The notes under the pieces were generated by a model. It saw nothing but the letters and a program-made list of their open reading frames with translations. It made no database searches and was not told the origin of the DNA. The position numbers were made by a program, and so were the translations under genes. Positions 55,867-64,000 of a DNA stretch of 64,000 bases are shown one piece after another (the first letter of the stretch is position 1; every line of letters starts with the position of its first letter). The DNA comes from Candidatus Gottesmanbacteria bacterium RIFCSPHIGHO2_01_FULL_40_15 (GTDB lineage Bacteria > Patescibacteriota > Microgenomatia > 2-02-FULL-39-11): the NCBI GenBank assembly GCA_001779115.1, contig MFJF01000005.1, positions 76,922 to 140,921 of the forward strand, given 5' to 3'.

Positions 55867-57678
55867 ATGCGTCAAAAAATACTTAATAGCTTAAACAAAG
55901 AACAAAATGAAGCTGTTTTTGAAACTGAAGGACCGGTTCTTATTCTGGCCGGCGCCGGTTCGGGAAAAACAAGAGTTTTAACTTATAAAGTTGCATACCT
56001 GATTTCAGAAAAAAATATACCTGCCGAAAATATTCTGATGGTAACTTTTACCAACAAGGCAGCCAGGGAAATGAAAGACAGATTGGAGAAACTGACCGGA
56101 ATCCAAAGGAGTAAAATCAAAAATAATTTACCGGTCACATCAACCTATCATTCCTTTTGCGCGAGAATATTAAGAAGGGAAGGAAAACACCTGGGAATCA
56201 GTGCCAATTTTGTGATTTATGATGATTTGGACACCAAAGAAGCCATTTCCCAGGCTATGGAAAAACTGTCCATTGATAAAAAATCAGTATCTCCCCAGGC
56301 TTTGGCAGCAACAATCGCGAACGCAAAAAATGAATTAATTTCTTATTCCGAGTACCAGCAAATGGCCAGGGGATTTTTCCAAGAAACAGCAGCCCGCGTT
56401 TATCCGGTTTACCAGAATATTTTAAGGGAAAATTCAGCGCTTGATTTTGAAGATCTTATCTACCTGACCGTGGAATTGTTCCGGAAACAGCCTCTTATTT
56501 TATCTTATTACCAACAGCAATTCCGGTATATTCTGGTTGATGAATTCCAGGATACTAACAGAGCACAATATATTCTGACTCAGATGCTTGCCCAAAAATC
56601 AAAAAATATTACGGTTGTCGGGGATGCTTCACAAAGCATATATGCCTGGAGAGGAGCAGATTTTCGAAATATTCTTAATTTCAAAAAAGACTATATGAAA
56701 GTCAAAATTTTCAATCTGGAAAAAAATTACCGGTCAACCCAAATTATTCTGGATGCGGCTAATGCGGTTATCTCCAAAAATAAAAGCCATCCCGTTTTAA
56801 ATCTTTGGACTGATAAAATTTCCGGTGAAAGGATTACTGTATATAATGCCGCCAATGAACACGACGAAGCAAATTTTATAATTAATAATCTGGATGACGA
56901 GAATCTCTCCGGAACGGCAATTTTATACAGAACCAATGCCCAAAGCCGGATTATTGAAGAAGGACTTCTGCATCAGGGAATTCCTTATGAACTAGTCGGC
57001 GGAACAAGATTTTATGAAAGAAAAGAAATAAAGGATGTTTTGGCATATATCAGGTTATATGTAAATACGGCCGATTCTGTTTCATTAAAAAGGGCGCGGA
57101 AAATCGGCAAAAGAAGAACGGAAGATTTTTTTAAATTAAAGGAAAGTCTTAACAATAAAAGTGAGCCTGTTGACACCCTTACCCTACTGGACAAAATAGT
57201 CGAATCGACCAAGTATCTGTCTTTATATGATAAAAATAATCCTGAAGAACTGGCCCGGTTGGAAAATATCAAAGAATTAAGATCAGTAGCGGATGAATTC
57301 CCGAAAATTAATGAATTTTTGGAAACGGTTGCCCTGATTGAAAAAGAATATTCACCAGATCATCCGGCTTTAAAAAAGAACAATCAGAAAGTGACTTTAA
57401 TGACACTCCATGCAGCCAAAGGACTGGAATTTGAAAGAGTATTTATTATCGGTATGGAAGAAGGGTTGTTCCCCCATTCAATGTCACTTTTTGACCAGTA
57501 TGAATTGGAGGAAGAACGCCGGCTCTGTTATGTCGGAATTACCCGTGCCAAAAATAAGCTTTTTTTAACCTATGCCAGAAGAAGACTTTATTTCGGTCAG
57601 AGAATGTCCAATATGATTTCAAGGTTTATCAATGAACTGCCCGAGAACTTAACGGAAACAATCAATAATTTTATTTAG
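55867..57678 (+). CDS. pcrA: ATP-dependent DNA helicase PcrA/UvrD
   Basis: AGAGSGKT, TFTNKAA, VDEFQDTN, GD..QSIY.WRGA, NYRST, HAAKGLEF, EERRL.YV.ITRA; ATG 55867. Confidence 0.95.
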   Translation: MRQKILNSLNKEQNEAVFETEGPVLILAGAGSGKTRVLTYKVAYLISEKNIPAENILMVTFTNKAAREMKDRLEKLTGIQRSKIKNNLPVTSTYHSFCARILRREGKHLGISANFVIYDDLDTKEAISQAMEKLSIDKKSVSPQALAATIANAKNELISYSEYQQMARGFFQETAARVYPVYQNILRENSALDFEDLIYLTVELFRKQPLILSYYQQQFRYILVDEFQDTNRAQYILTQMLAQKSKNITVVGDASQSIYAWRGADFRNILNFKKDYMKVKIFNLEKNYRSTQIILDAANAVISKNKSHPVLNLWTDKISGERITVYNAANEHDEANFIINNLDDENLSGTAILYRTNAQSRIIEEGLLHQGIPYELVGGTRFYERKEIKDVLAYIRLYVNTADSVSLKRARKIGKRRTEDFFKLKESLNNKSEPVDTLTLLDKIVESTKYLSLYDKNNPEELARLENIKELRSVADEFPKINEFLETVALIEKEYSPDHPALKKNNQKVTLMTLHAAKGLEFERVFIIGMEEGLFPHSMSLFDQYELEEERRLCYVGITRAKNKLFLTYARRRLYFGQRMSNMISRFINELPENLTETINNFI

Positions 57679-58077
57679 ACCGGCGTGATAAATATAGTCG
57701 GATCCTTTGGCATTTAAATAGATCAGGAATCCGGGCGTTATTACCTGAATATAGAATTTGTTTTTTTGCGGACAACCCAGACTGGTATCATTGAAATTTA
57801 TTTTTTCGACGGATACAACTTTTATGTCATTTCTGGCAACATCTGTTTTTCCCGCCAGATCACCTATTGCCAAATCTACGTAATTTTCCGTATCGTCATT
57901 TCCCCAGGGAGCAACTTTCAGGGAAGCTTGGAAACTGTTATTATTAACAGGCGTTATTCCTTTAATTAAAATCAATTTATTAAAGAGAGCAAGAAGAAAA
58001 AAAGGGAAAACAAGTACGGTAAATACAGTTAACAGTAAAAAAGTTTTTGAATTATTTTTCCTATTTTTTCCGGACAT
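57649..58077 (-). CDS. Membrane-anchored protein with conserved D.SLGCP...Y.QVITPG...Y.YH domain
   Basis: N-terminal TM; FNDTSLGCPQKNKFYIQVITPGFLIYL...YIYH. Confidence 0.7.
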   Translation of the reverse strand: MSGKNRKNNSKTFLLLTVFTVLVFPFFLLALFNKLILIKGITPVNNNSFQASLKVAPWGNDDTENYVDLAIGDLAGKTDVARNDIKVVSVEKINFNDTSLGCPQKNKFYIQVITPGFLIYLNAKGSDYIYHAGLNKIIDCFR

Positions 58078-58107
58078 CTCTTATATAATACCATTTAAAA
58101 AATTACC

Positions 58108-59121
58108 ATGATCGCCACAGTTTTTAAAGAAAAAAAAGAGGGATTTAACAGACTGGCGAGTCACCCACTCCAATCCTGGGAGTGGGGTGAATTCCGGCTG
58201 AAAACCGGAATTGAGGTTTTGAGGCTTGGTTTATTTTCCAAAAATAAATTGGTAGAAACCGCCCAAATCAGCCTCCATCAGATTCCCTTTACAGGGTACC
58301 GCATCGGTTATTTTCCCAAAGGGAATTTTCCTTCAAAAGAAATGCTTGACGAATTTATGAAAATCGGGGCTTCGGAAAATCTGATATTTATTAAAATCGA
58401 ACCGAATATTGAGAAAAAAAATCTGGTTATTTCAGATTTGAAAAAAGATTTTCCGGTCAAGGAATCACCCCATCCCCTTTTTACCCGGTATACTTTCCGG
58501 CTTAACATGAACCGAAGTGAGGACGAACTTTTGTCCGTTATGCATCATAAAACCAGATACAATATAAAACTGGCCGAAAAAAAGGGTGTTTATGTTGTTG
58601 AGGATAACAGTGATGAGGCTTTTAATAAATATCTTGCACTTTTGGATGAGACAACAGTGCGGCAAAAATTTTACGCGCATACCCCAAAATATCACCGATT
58701 GATGTGGGAAACATTAAAACCGGCAAAAATTGCCAGACTGCTTCTTGCCAAATATAAAGACCAGGGAGGTGAAAAAACACTGGTTGCCTGGGTGTTATTT
58801 CTTTTTAATAACGTCATGTATTATCCTTACGGAGCTTCATCTGCGGAATTTCGCAATCTTATGCCTTCCAATCTGATAATGTGGAAAGCAATAACCTACG
58901 CTAAAAAACATAAAGCCGAAACTTTTGACATGTGGGGAGCCTTGGGACCTAATCCCGATCCCAATGATCCCTGGTACGGTTTTCATAAATTCAAGGAAGG
59001 ATTCGGGGCAGATCTTACTGAACTGGCCGGCAGTTATGATTTGGTGATTAATAAGAAGGCATACTTATCTTATAATTTATTGCATAACTTCAGGGAATTG
59101 TATTTGAAAATGAAAAGATAA
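58108..59121 (+). CDS. FemABX/MurM family peptidyltransferase
   Basis: HPLQSWEWGEF, IKIEP, KTRYNI.LA.KKGV, YPYGAS, FD.WG, GF.KFK.GFG. Confidence 0.92.
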   Translation: MIATVFKEKKEGFNRLASHPLQSWEWGEFRLKTGIEVLRLGLFSKNKLVETAQISLHQIPFTGYRIGYFPKGNFPSKEMLDEFMKIGASENLIFIKIEPNIEKKNLVISDLKKDFPVKESPHPLFTRYTFRLNMNRSEDELLSVMHHKTRYNIKLAEKKGVYVVEDNSDEAFNKYLALLDETTVRQKFYAHTPKYHRLMWETLKPAKIARLLLAKYKDQGGEKTLVAWVLFLFNNVMYYPYGASSAEFRNLMPSNLIMWKAITYAKKHKAETFDMWGALGPNPDPNDPWYGFHKFKEGFGADLTELAGSYDLVINKKAYLSYNLLHNFRELYLKMKR

Positions 59122-59124
59122 GGA

Positions 59125-59994
59125 ATGCCTACAACTTCTTCCGATATCAGACAATCTGCCGAATTTGCCTCTTTTATGTCGGATATCGGCTGGCAAACGC
59201 TTAAGTTAAACGGGCAAAACTGTTATCTGAAAAAAATTCCCCTGTTGGGATTTTTCGCCAAGTGTCCGCGACCGGACAGCGCTAAAATCAAAGATGATAT
59301 TAACAGCTTAATCCGGGAAAAAAATATTTTCAGATTTAAGATTTCACCTTTTATCAGAATCAACCAACAAAACTATAAAAGCATCAGAGATAATCTGTTA
59401 AAGAAAGGATTTAAAATTGACCGCGATCCTTTTAATCCGACAACTTCCATAACTTTAGATCTTAAAAAAAGCGAAGAAATACTTTTTGCCCATATGAAGG
59501 AAGCCAAAAGAAGAGGGGTTAGGCGGGCGATTAAAAACGGCATTAAAGTCTTTATATCTGATGATATATCCGCTTTTATTGCAATAAGAAAGAGACAGTT
59601 TAACCCAATGGGATTTATTGTTGAAAAAGAAATGAAAATGCTCTGGAAAAATTTTTATCCCGGAAAAGCCACCCTGCTAATGGCCACCGGCAATAAAAAA
59701 ACTCTTGCCGGAATACTGCTTCTTTTCCATAAAAAATATGCTTACTACTGGTATGCATCTTCCCTGAATGAGGGCAAAAAATTATTTGCCCCGACCATGC
59801 TGGTTTGGGAAGCAATCAGGGAAGCAAAGAAAAAAAACTGCGAAATATTTGATTTTGAGGGCGTATATGACGACAGATTTCCCAAAGCTTCGGAAAACTG
59901 GCGCGGGTTTACTAAATTCAAAGAAGGATTTTCCGGCCGGAAAGTGATTTATATGGAGAATTTTTTTCTGAAAAGACCTATCATCAGATTATGA
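59125..59994 (+). CDS. Second FemABX-family GNAT protein
   Basis: RQS.EF, LDL.KSEE.LF..M....RR.VR.A.KNG, AYYWYASS, LVWEAI..AK, FDFEG, GFTKFK.GF.G. Confidence 0.85.
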   Translation: MPTTSSDIRQSAEFASFMSDIGWQTLKLNGQNCYLKKIPLLGFFAKCPRPDSAKIKDDINSLIREKNIFRFKISPFIRINQQNYKSIRDNLLKKGFKIDRDPFNPTTSITLDLKKSEEILFAHMKEAKRRGVRRAIKNGIKVFISDDISAFIAIRKRQFNPMGFIVEKEMKMLWKNFYPGKATLLMATGNKKTLAGILLLFHKKYAYYWYASSLNEGKKLFAPTMLVWEAIREAKKKNCEIFDFEGVYDDRFPKASENWRGFTKFKEGFSGRKVIYMENFFLKRPIIRL

Positions 59995-60593
59995 TTGATG
60001 AAAAATTTATTATTTTCGGAGCTGTTTTAAGCTTTATCGGGCAAATCAGTTATCTCACCAACACAATTGGGGGAAAAGTGAAACCCAATAAAGTCACCTG
60101 GTTTTTCTGGGCATTGATTCCGCTTGTTGCTTTTGCCGCGGAAATAAAACAGGGAGTCGGCCTGGTATCTTTAATGACTTTTATGGTCGGATTCGGACCG
60201 CTGACTATTTTTATTGCTTCATTTGTCAATAAAAAATCTTATTGGAAAATTCACCCTCTGGATATTTTTTGCGGTTTTTTGTCAGTATCGGGCTTGGTAA
60301 TGTGGTTTTTAACAAAAAATGCCAATCTGGCAATAATGTTCAGCATTTTTGCCGACGGGACAGCCGGTGTGCCGACAGTCATAAAAGCTTCTATTGCCCC
60401 TGAAACGGAAAGCAGTACTATTTTCTTTCTGTCAGGAATTAATGCCTTAATTACACTTTTGGCAATAACGATCTGGGATTTTGCCCACTATGCTTTTCCA
60501 TTATATATATTTTTTCTGTGTTTTCTGATGGTAATACTCATTAAATTTAAAGCAGGAAAAATTCTAAGCAGGATTATTTCGAAAAGTAAATAA
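59991..60593 (+). CDS. Polytopic membrane protein of unknown function
   Basis: About 6-7 hydrophobic helices, KPN..TW..W and PT..K....P..E motifs. Confidence 0.75.
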   Translation: MIDEKFIIFGAVLSFIGQISYLTNTIGGKVKPNKVTWFFWALIPLVAFAAEIKQGVGLVSLMTFMVGFGPLTIFIASFVNKKSYWKIHPLDIFCGFLSVSGLVMWFLTKNANLAIMFSIFADGTAGVPTVIKASIAPETESSTIFFLSGINALITLLAITIWDFAHYAFPLYIFFLCFLMVILIKFKAGKILSRIISKSK

Positions 60594-60609
60594 AAAAAAT
60601 GTCTTTCAG

Positions 60610-60819
60610 TTAAGATTGTTCTCTTGGGTTTTTCCCTAATACCCTTCTTCTGAATATGATTCCTCCCGGCAAAGGCGTCGGTTCATTTTCCTGCCCGTAA
60701 GCTTTTCCGATTTCATCCCAAATATCGATCTCTCTTGGTCTTCTTGCCTGTCTGATAATTTTTTTTGTTGGATCTATTTTACCCGGGATGACCAAACTTT
60801 CCATATTATTTCCAAGCAT
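60610..60819 (-). CDS. Small hypothetical protein
   Basis: 64-69 aa ORF filling the intergenic gap; no family recognised. Confidence 0.4.
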   Translation of the reverse strand: MLGNNMESLVIPGKIDPTKKIIRQARRPREIDIWDEIGKAYGQENEPTPLPGGIIFRRRVLGKNPREQS

Positions 60820-60934
60820 ACCGACAGAATAGACTGAAGTTATAAGAGTTTTATATTCAAATTTTAAGAAACATAAAATAATATAATTCGGGAAGGATAT
60901 TTTTTACCTGGGTAAAAGCAGTACTCTTCAGGAT

Positions 60935-61714
60935 TTATATTTCGTTATCCAGCTCCAACCAGACAGAGGTGATTTGGGGAAGATCTTTTTTCACTTTTGC
61001 CATTAAAGCTTTGATACCGAACATTTCGGTATGATAATGTCCGCCGGCAATAAAATTTATTCCTGTCTCACGGAATAGTTCCCTATTCCATTCATGGACT
61101 TCGCCGGTTATAAATAGATCAATATTTTCATTTATAAGATAAGTCATATCAGACGGGTGGGGCGCTCCCTTGCCGGAAACCGCGACAATTTTTTTTAAAT
61201 TTTTCGGGCCGAAATCATAAAAAACCGACCGCGGAGAAAGATAGGGTTTTAAAGTATTTTTAACCGTTGTCAAACTGACATTATTAGCTTTTCCCATATA
61301 CCCCCAGGGCTGTTGTAAATGAAGGTATGGTTTTTCGGGAGTAAATCCCACTGTTTTTAGAATTGAGGCATTATTGCCGATTTCCGGATGGGCATCCAAG
61401 AGAAAATGGTACCCAAAAAGTGTGATGTTATTTTTTACCAGAAACCCGATTCTATTCTGGAAAATAAAATCATAAGAATTAATTTTTGGCAGATTGAATA
61501 CATGATGAACAATTAAGGCCCGGCAATTATTCTTTTGGGCTAATTTAAAAATTTCAACGGAGGCAGAGACGGCAAAACCGATTTTTCCGATTTCCCCGTT
61601 ACCTTTTACCGTTAAGCCGTTGGCCATGAAGGGATCAATTTTCCCAATATCCAGTCCGGGATCAAAAACCAACAGTTTTTCTAAATAATCATTCAATCGC
61701 TTAAGAGGAATCAC
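60935..61714 (-). CDS. Nif3-like dinuclear metal-centre protein (YbgI family)
   Basis: NGL.V.G, LIVHH, YHF.LDAHPEIGNN, FITGE, GHY.TE.FG. Confidence 0.9.
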   Translation of the reverse strand: MIPLKRLNDYLEKLLVFDPGLDIGKIDPFMANGLTVKGNGEIGKIGFAVSASVEIFKLAQKNNCRALIVHHVFNLPKINSYDFIFQNRIGFLVKNNITLFGYHFLLDAHPEIGNNASILKTVGFTPEKPYLHLQQPWGYMGKANNVSLTTVKNTLKPYLSPRSVFYDFGPKNLKKIVAVSGKGAPHPSDMTYLINENIDLFITGEVHEWNRELFRETGINFIAGGHYHTEMFGIKALMAKVKKDLPQITSVWLELDNEI

Positions 61715-61757
61715 AACTTTATTACTATAAACAAAAAACTAAAAACTGACAACTTCA

Positions 61758-64000
61758 TTACTGCCAGGCTTCGCAGATGAGGCGGAAATCACAGAAATCG
61801 CACCAGGGACCGACTTTGGGGAAAAATTGGCTTTTTTCAATATCACCGGCAATATTGACTATTTTAGTTTTGGCTTCAACCAGTTGTTGTTTTTCTCTTT
61901 TGGATGATATTTTTCGGGACTCTTCAAGAAAATAAAAAGAGAGAGTAACATTTTCAGGATCAGTATTATATATCCCCCTATCCGAGGCGGCCAGGGCGTA
62001 GACCGTCATCTGCAAATTCCCGGCAATATCCTTATCTGAAAGTATTTTTCCGGTTTTATAATCGATAATCTCGATCGAATTTGAATTCAATTTATCCACC
62101 CGGTCGATTTTTCCGCCAAGCTTGAGGCTGGGTGTCAATTTAATGGTGAACAGTTTCTCCAAGTCATCAATTTTTACATCTGAACTGTGACCTTTATCGT
62201 AATAGAGGGACAGCATACCTTCGGCCCTTTTTTTCATGACCGCTTCGTATTTTTTATTTTTGTATCCTAAGGGAATCCAAACCCGGTGAAGAAGATTTAA
62301 AAGAGTATTTTTGTCCGGATTTAGGCTTTTCCTGTAAAGTTGATAAAAGTTTTGGAGAGCCAGATGGACGGATGACCCGAAAGATGCCGCGGCTGAAGAT
62401 GGAACGGGAATTTTAAGAATATGGCGGTATTTATACTGGAGAGGACAAGTTAAAAAGGTTGAGATTTGTGAATAAGACAAATAATTAACATTCTGTCTTT
62501 TTGGTTCTTCTTCTTTTAAATCCTGCTTTTTCCAGGCAAGGAGTGTCAGTTGTTCATTATTTCCTGATTCAATTTCAATTCCGGGTAAGTCATTTTTACC
62601 AAGAATTTCATAAACAAAAGGTGAAATTTTTTTTACCCGTTTACCTTCACCGTAATAAAGAGCGGCCGTTAAAAATAACATGTCCCGGGCACGGGTTGCT
62701 CCGACATAAAATAACCGCCTTTCTTCCTGCTGGTGAAAGTCCCCAACAGGTAATATTTCTTTAATAAGTTCATCGGGGATTGGAATTTTTTCAGTCCTTT
62801 CCCTGGTCGGGAAACGGTCCGAAACAAGATTAACGAGATATACAACCGGAAATTCCAAACCTTTTGAACTGTGAACAGTCAAAATATTTACGGCATCATT
62901 TTTTATCCAGTCAGTATCGGTGGCTTGCGGACTTTCCCCCAGCTCCATACTCATATCCAGCCAGTCGGATACGGCATAAACCGTGGCATCCTCATGTTCG
63001 GCTTCAAAACCTTTCAGCTTGTCAAAGAATTTGGAAATATTTGATATTTCTTTTTCTTCTTTTATTGACTGGTAATCGGTAAATTTTTGCAGCATGCCCG
63101 ACTTTTCAAGGAAGGAATAAAGAATCTGTCCGGCAGAATCCGTTTTGGCTGATTTAAGATGATCTTCTATCATGGCGGCTATTTTCAGGAGAATTCCGGC
63201 TGAGCGGTCTGACAAATAAGGAAGATAGGGTTGGTAATTTAATTTTTTACTCCAGTGATCCATTTTTTTACCGATATCGGCCGTGAATATATCCAGAGCT
63301 TCATAAAGGGTTCTGCCTGTTTTTTTGGAAAAATTCAGAAGCGCTGACAGATCGCGTACGGAGATGTCAAATACCGGCAAACTGAGAACGCTGAATAGGG
63401 CAACGGAGTCATCAGGATTGGCCAGAAATTTGATATAAGCTAAAAGTTCCTTAACTTCCTTCTGCCTGAAAAGCATACCGGGACCCAGAAACTGAAATGG
63501 GATGTTTAACCTCCGGAAAGCACTGGTAAAAGGAACGGAATGCTGATTGGCTCTGACCAGAACGGCAAAGTCACTCCATTTATACTTTTTATCATCGCTT
63601 TCCTGTATTTCCGCTTGCTTTTTAATTTGCACAATTTTACGGGCAATACTTTCCGCCTCATCTTCAACCCGGTTTTTAAAGATAAATTCAGGCGGTTCTC
63701 CCTGGATACCGCGGACACTTATCAGTTTTTTGTTAATTTTCTCTTTTACTTCAAGCCGGTCAGGATTATTTTTTTGAATCAACCGGTAGACTGAATCAAG
63801 TATGGTCTGGGTTGAACGGTAATTTTTCTTCAAAACGATAATTTCAGCTTTTTTATAGCGCTTTCTGAATTGGATAATATTGGAAACAGCTGCGCCTCTC
63901 CAGCGGTAGATGGCCTGGTCATCATCACCGGTTGCAGTTATATCGGCTTTTACTCCGGCCAAAAGCATAGCCAGCTCATTTTGGGCAAAATTAGTATCCT
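61758..64000 (-). CDS. UvrD/AddA-like helicase fused to a PD-(D/E)xK nuclease with 4-Cys cluster (5' end beyond window)
   Basis: DTNFAQ at the window edge, GDDDQAIY.WRGA, HSSKGLEF, EERRLFYV; LSYS...CP.QY, GKIDRVD, IIDYKTG, Q..VY, C..C.F..IC. Confidence 0.92.
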   Translation of the reverse strand, partial: DTNFAQNELAMLLAGVKADITATGDDDQAIYRWRGAAVSNIIQFRKRYKKAEIIVLKKNYRSTQTILDSVYRLIQKNNPDRLEVKEKINKKLISVRGIQGEPPEFIFKNRVEDEAESIARKIVQIKKQAEIQESDDKKYKWSDFAVLVRANQHSVPFTSAFRRLNIPFQFLGPGMLFRQKEVKELLAYIKFLANPDDSVALFSVLSLPVFDISVRDLSALLNFSKKTGRTLYEALDIFTADIGKKMDHWSKKLNYQPYLPYLSDRSAGILLKIAAMIEDHLKSAKTDSAGQILYSFLEKSGMLQKFTDYQSIKEEKEISNISKFFDKLKGFEAEHEDATVYAVSDWLDMSMELGESPQATDTDWIKNDAVNILTVHSSKGLEFPVVYLVNLVSDRFPTRERTEKIPIPDELIKEILPVGDFHQQEERRLFYVGATRARDMLFLTAALYYGEGKRVKKISPFVYEILGKNDLPGIEIESGNNEQLTLLAWKKQDLKEEEPKRQNVNYLSYSQISTFLTCPLQYKYRHILKIPVPSSAAASFGSSVHLALQNFYQLYRKSLNPDKNTLLNLLHRVWIPLGYKNKKYEAVMKKRAEGMLSLYYDKGHSSDVKIDDLEKLFTIKLTPSLKLGGKIDRVDKLNSNSIEIIDYKTGKILSDKDIAGNLQMTVYALAASDRGIYNTDPENVTLSFYFLEESRKISSKREKQQLVEAKTKIVNIAGDIEKSQFFPKVGPWCDFCDFRLICEAWQ

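Noticed and set aside
546-63794. Numerous 60-200 aa ORFs antisense to or overlapping long genes (e.g. 546-851, 8568-9056, 21660-22250, 36773-37315, 39002-39580)
   Set aside because: Shadow ORFs of well-supported genes, with no motifs or initiation signals
1-64000. rRNA, tRNA, tmRNA, CRISPR array, integrase or transposase
   Set aside because: No such sequences or regularly spaced repeat-spacer units recognised by eye; intergenic gaps are short. A covariance-model scan could still find small RNAs.

Overview
64-kb chromosomal window from a low-GC, genome-reduced bacterium using the standard bacterial code. It is most likely Patescibacteria/CPR, Microgenomates-like. This is an inference from the short IF2, AlaRS, HrcA and ObgE, the archaeal-type AMP phosphorylase, sortase plus FemABX plus LCP, and the FtsA-like/baseplate-J-like fusion. 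Core content: rpoB-rpoC divergent from nusA-infB-(DHH-like)-rpsO-pnp-(Cys/Met PLP lyase)-(Lon AAA-only)-rnj; thyA-folA-rhomboid; an ABC-2 exporter; ftsK-rodZ-like-GT-C; obgE; alaS-(FtsA/baseplate-J-like)-sortase-AMP phosphorylase-mltG; hrcA-grpE-dnaK-dnaJ with a CIRCE; GH39, murJ, rpsT, pilN/pilO-like, LCP, tpiA, pcrA, two FemABX genes, Nif3 and a UvrD-nuclease fusion. An accessory region at about 25.9-31.4 kb holds unrelated secreted-protein genes, each with its own TTGACA promoter and strong SD. They are punctuated by three copies of one 31-33 nt palindrome. The region also has a 1.2-kb islet flanked by a 45-bp duplication of a gene 3' end, a nuclease-tail remnant and a Fic gene. No rRNA, tRNA, CRISPR array, integrase or transposase was recognised. 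All calls come from reading motifs by eye; no searches were run.
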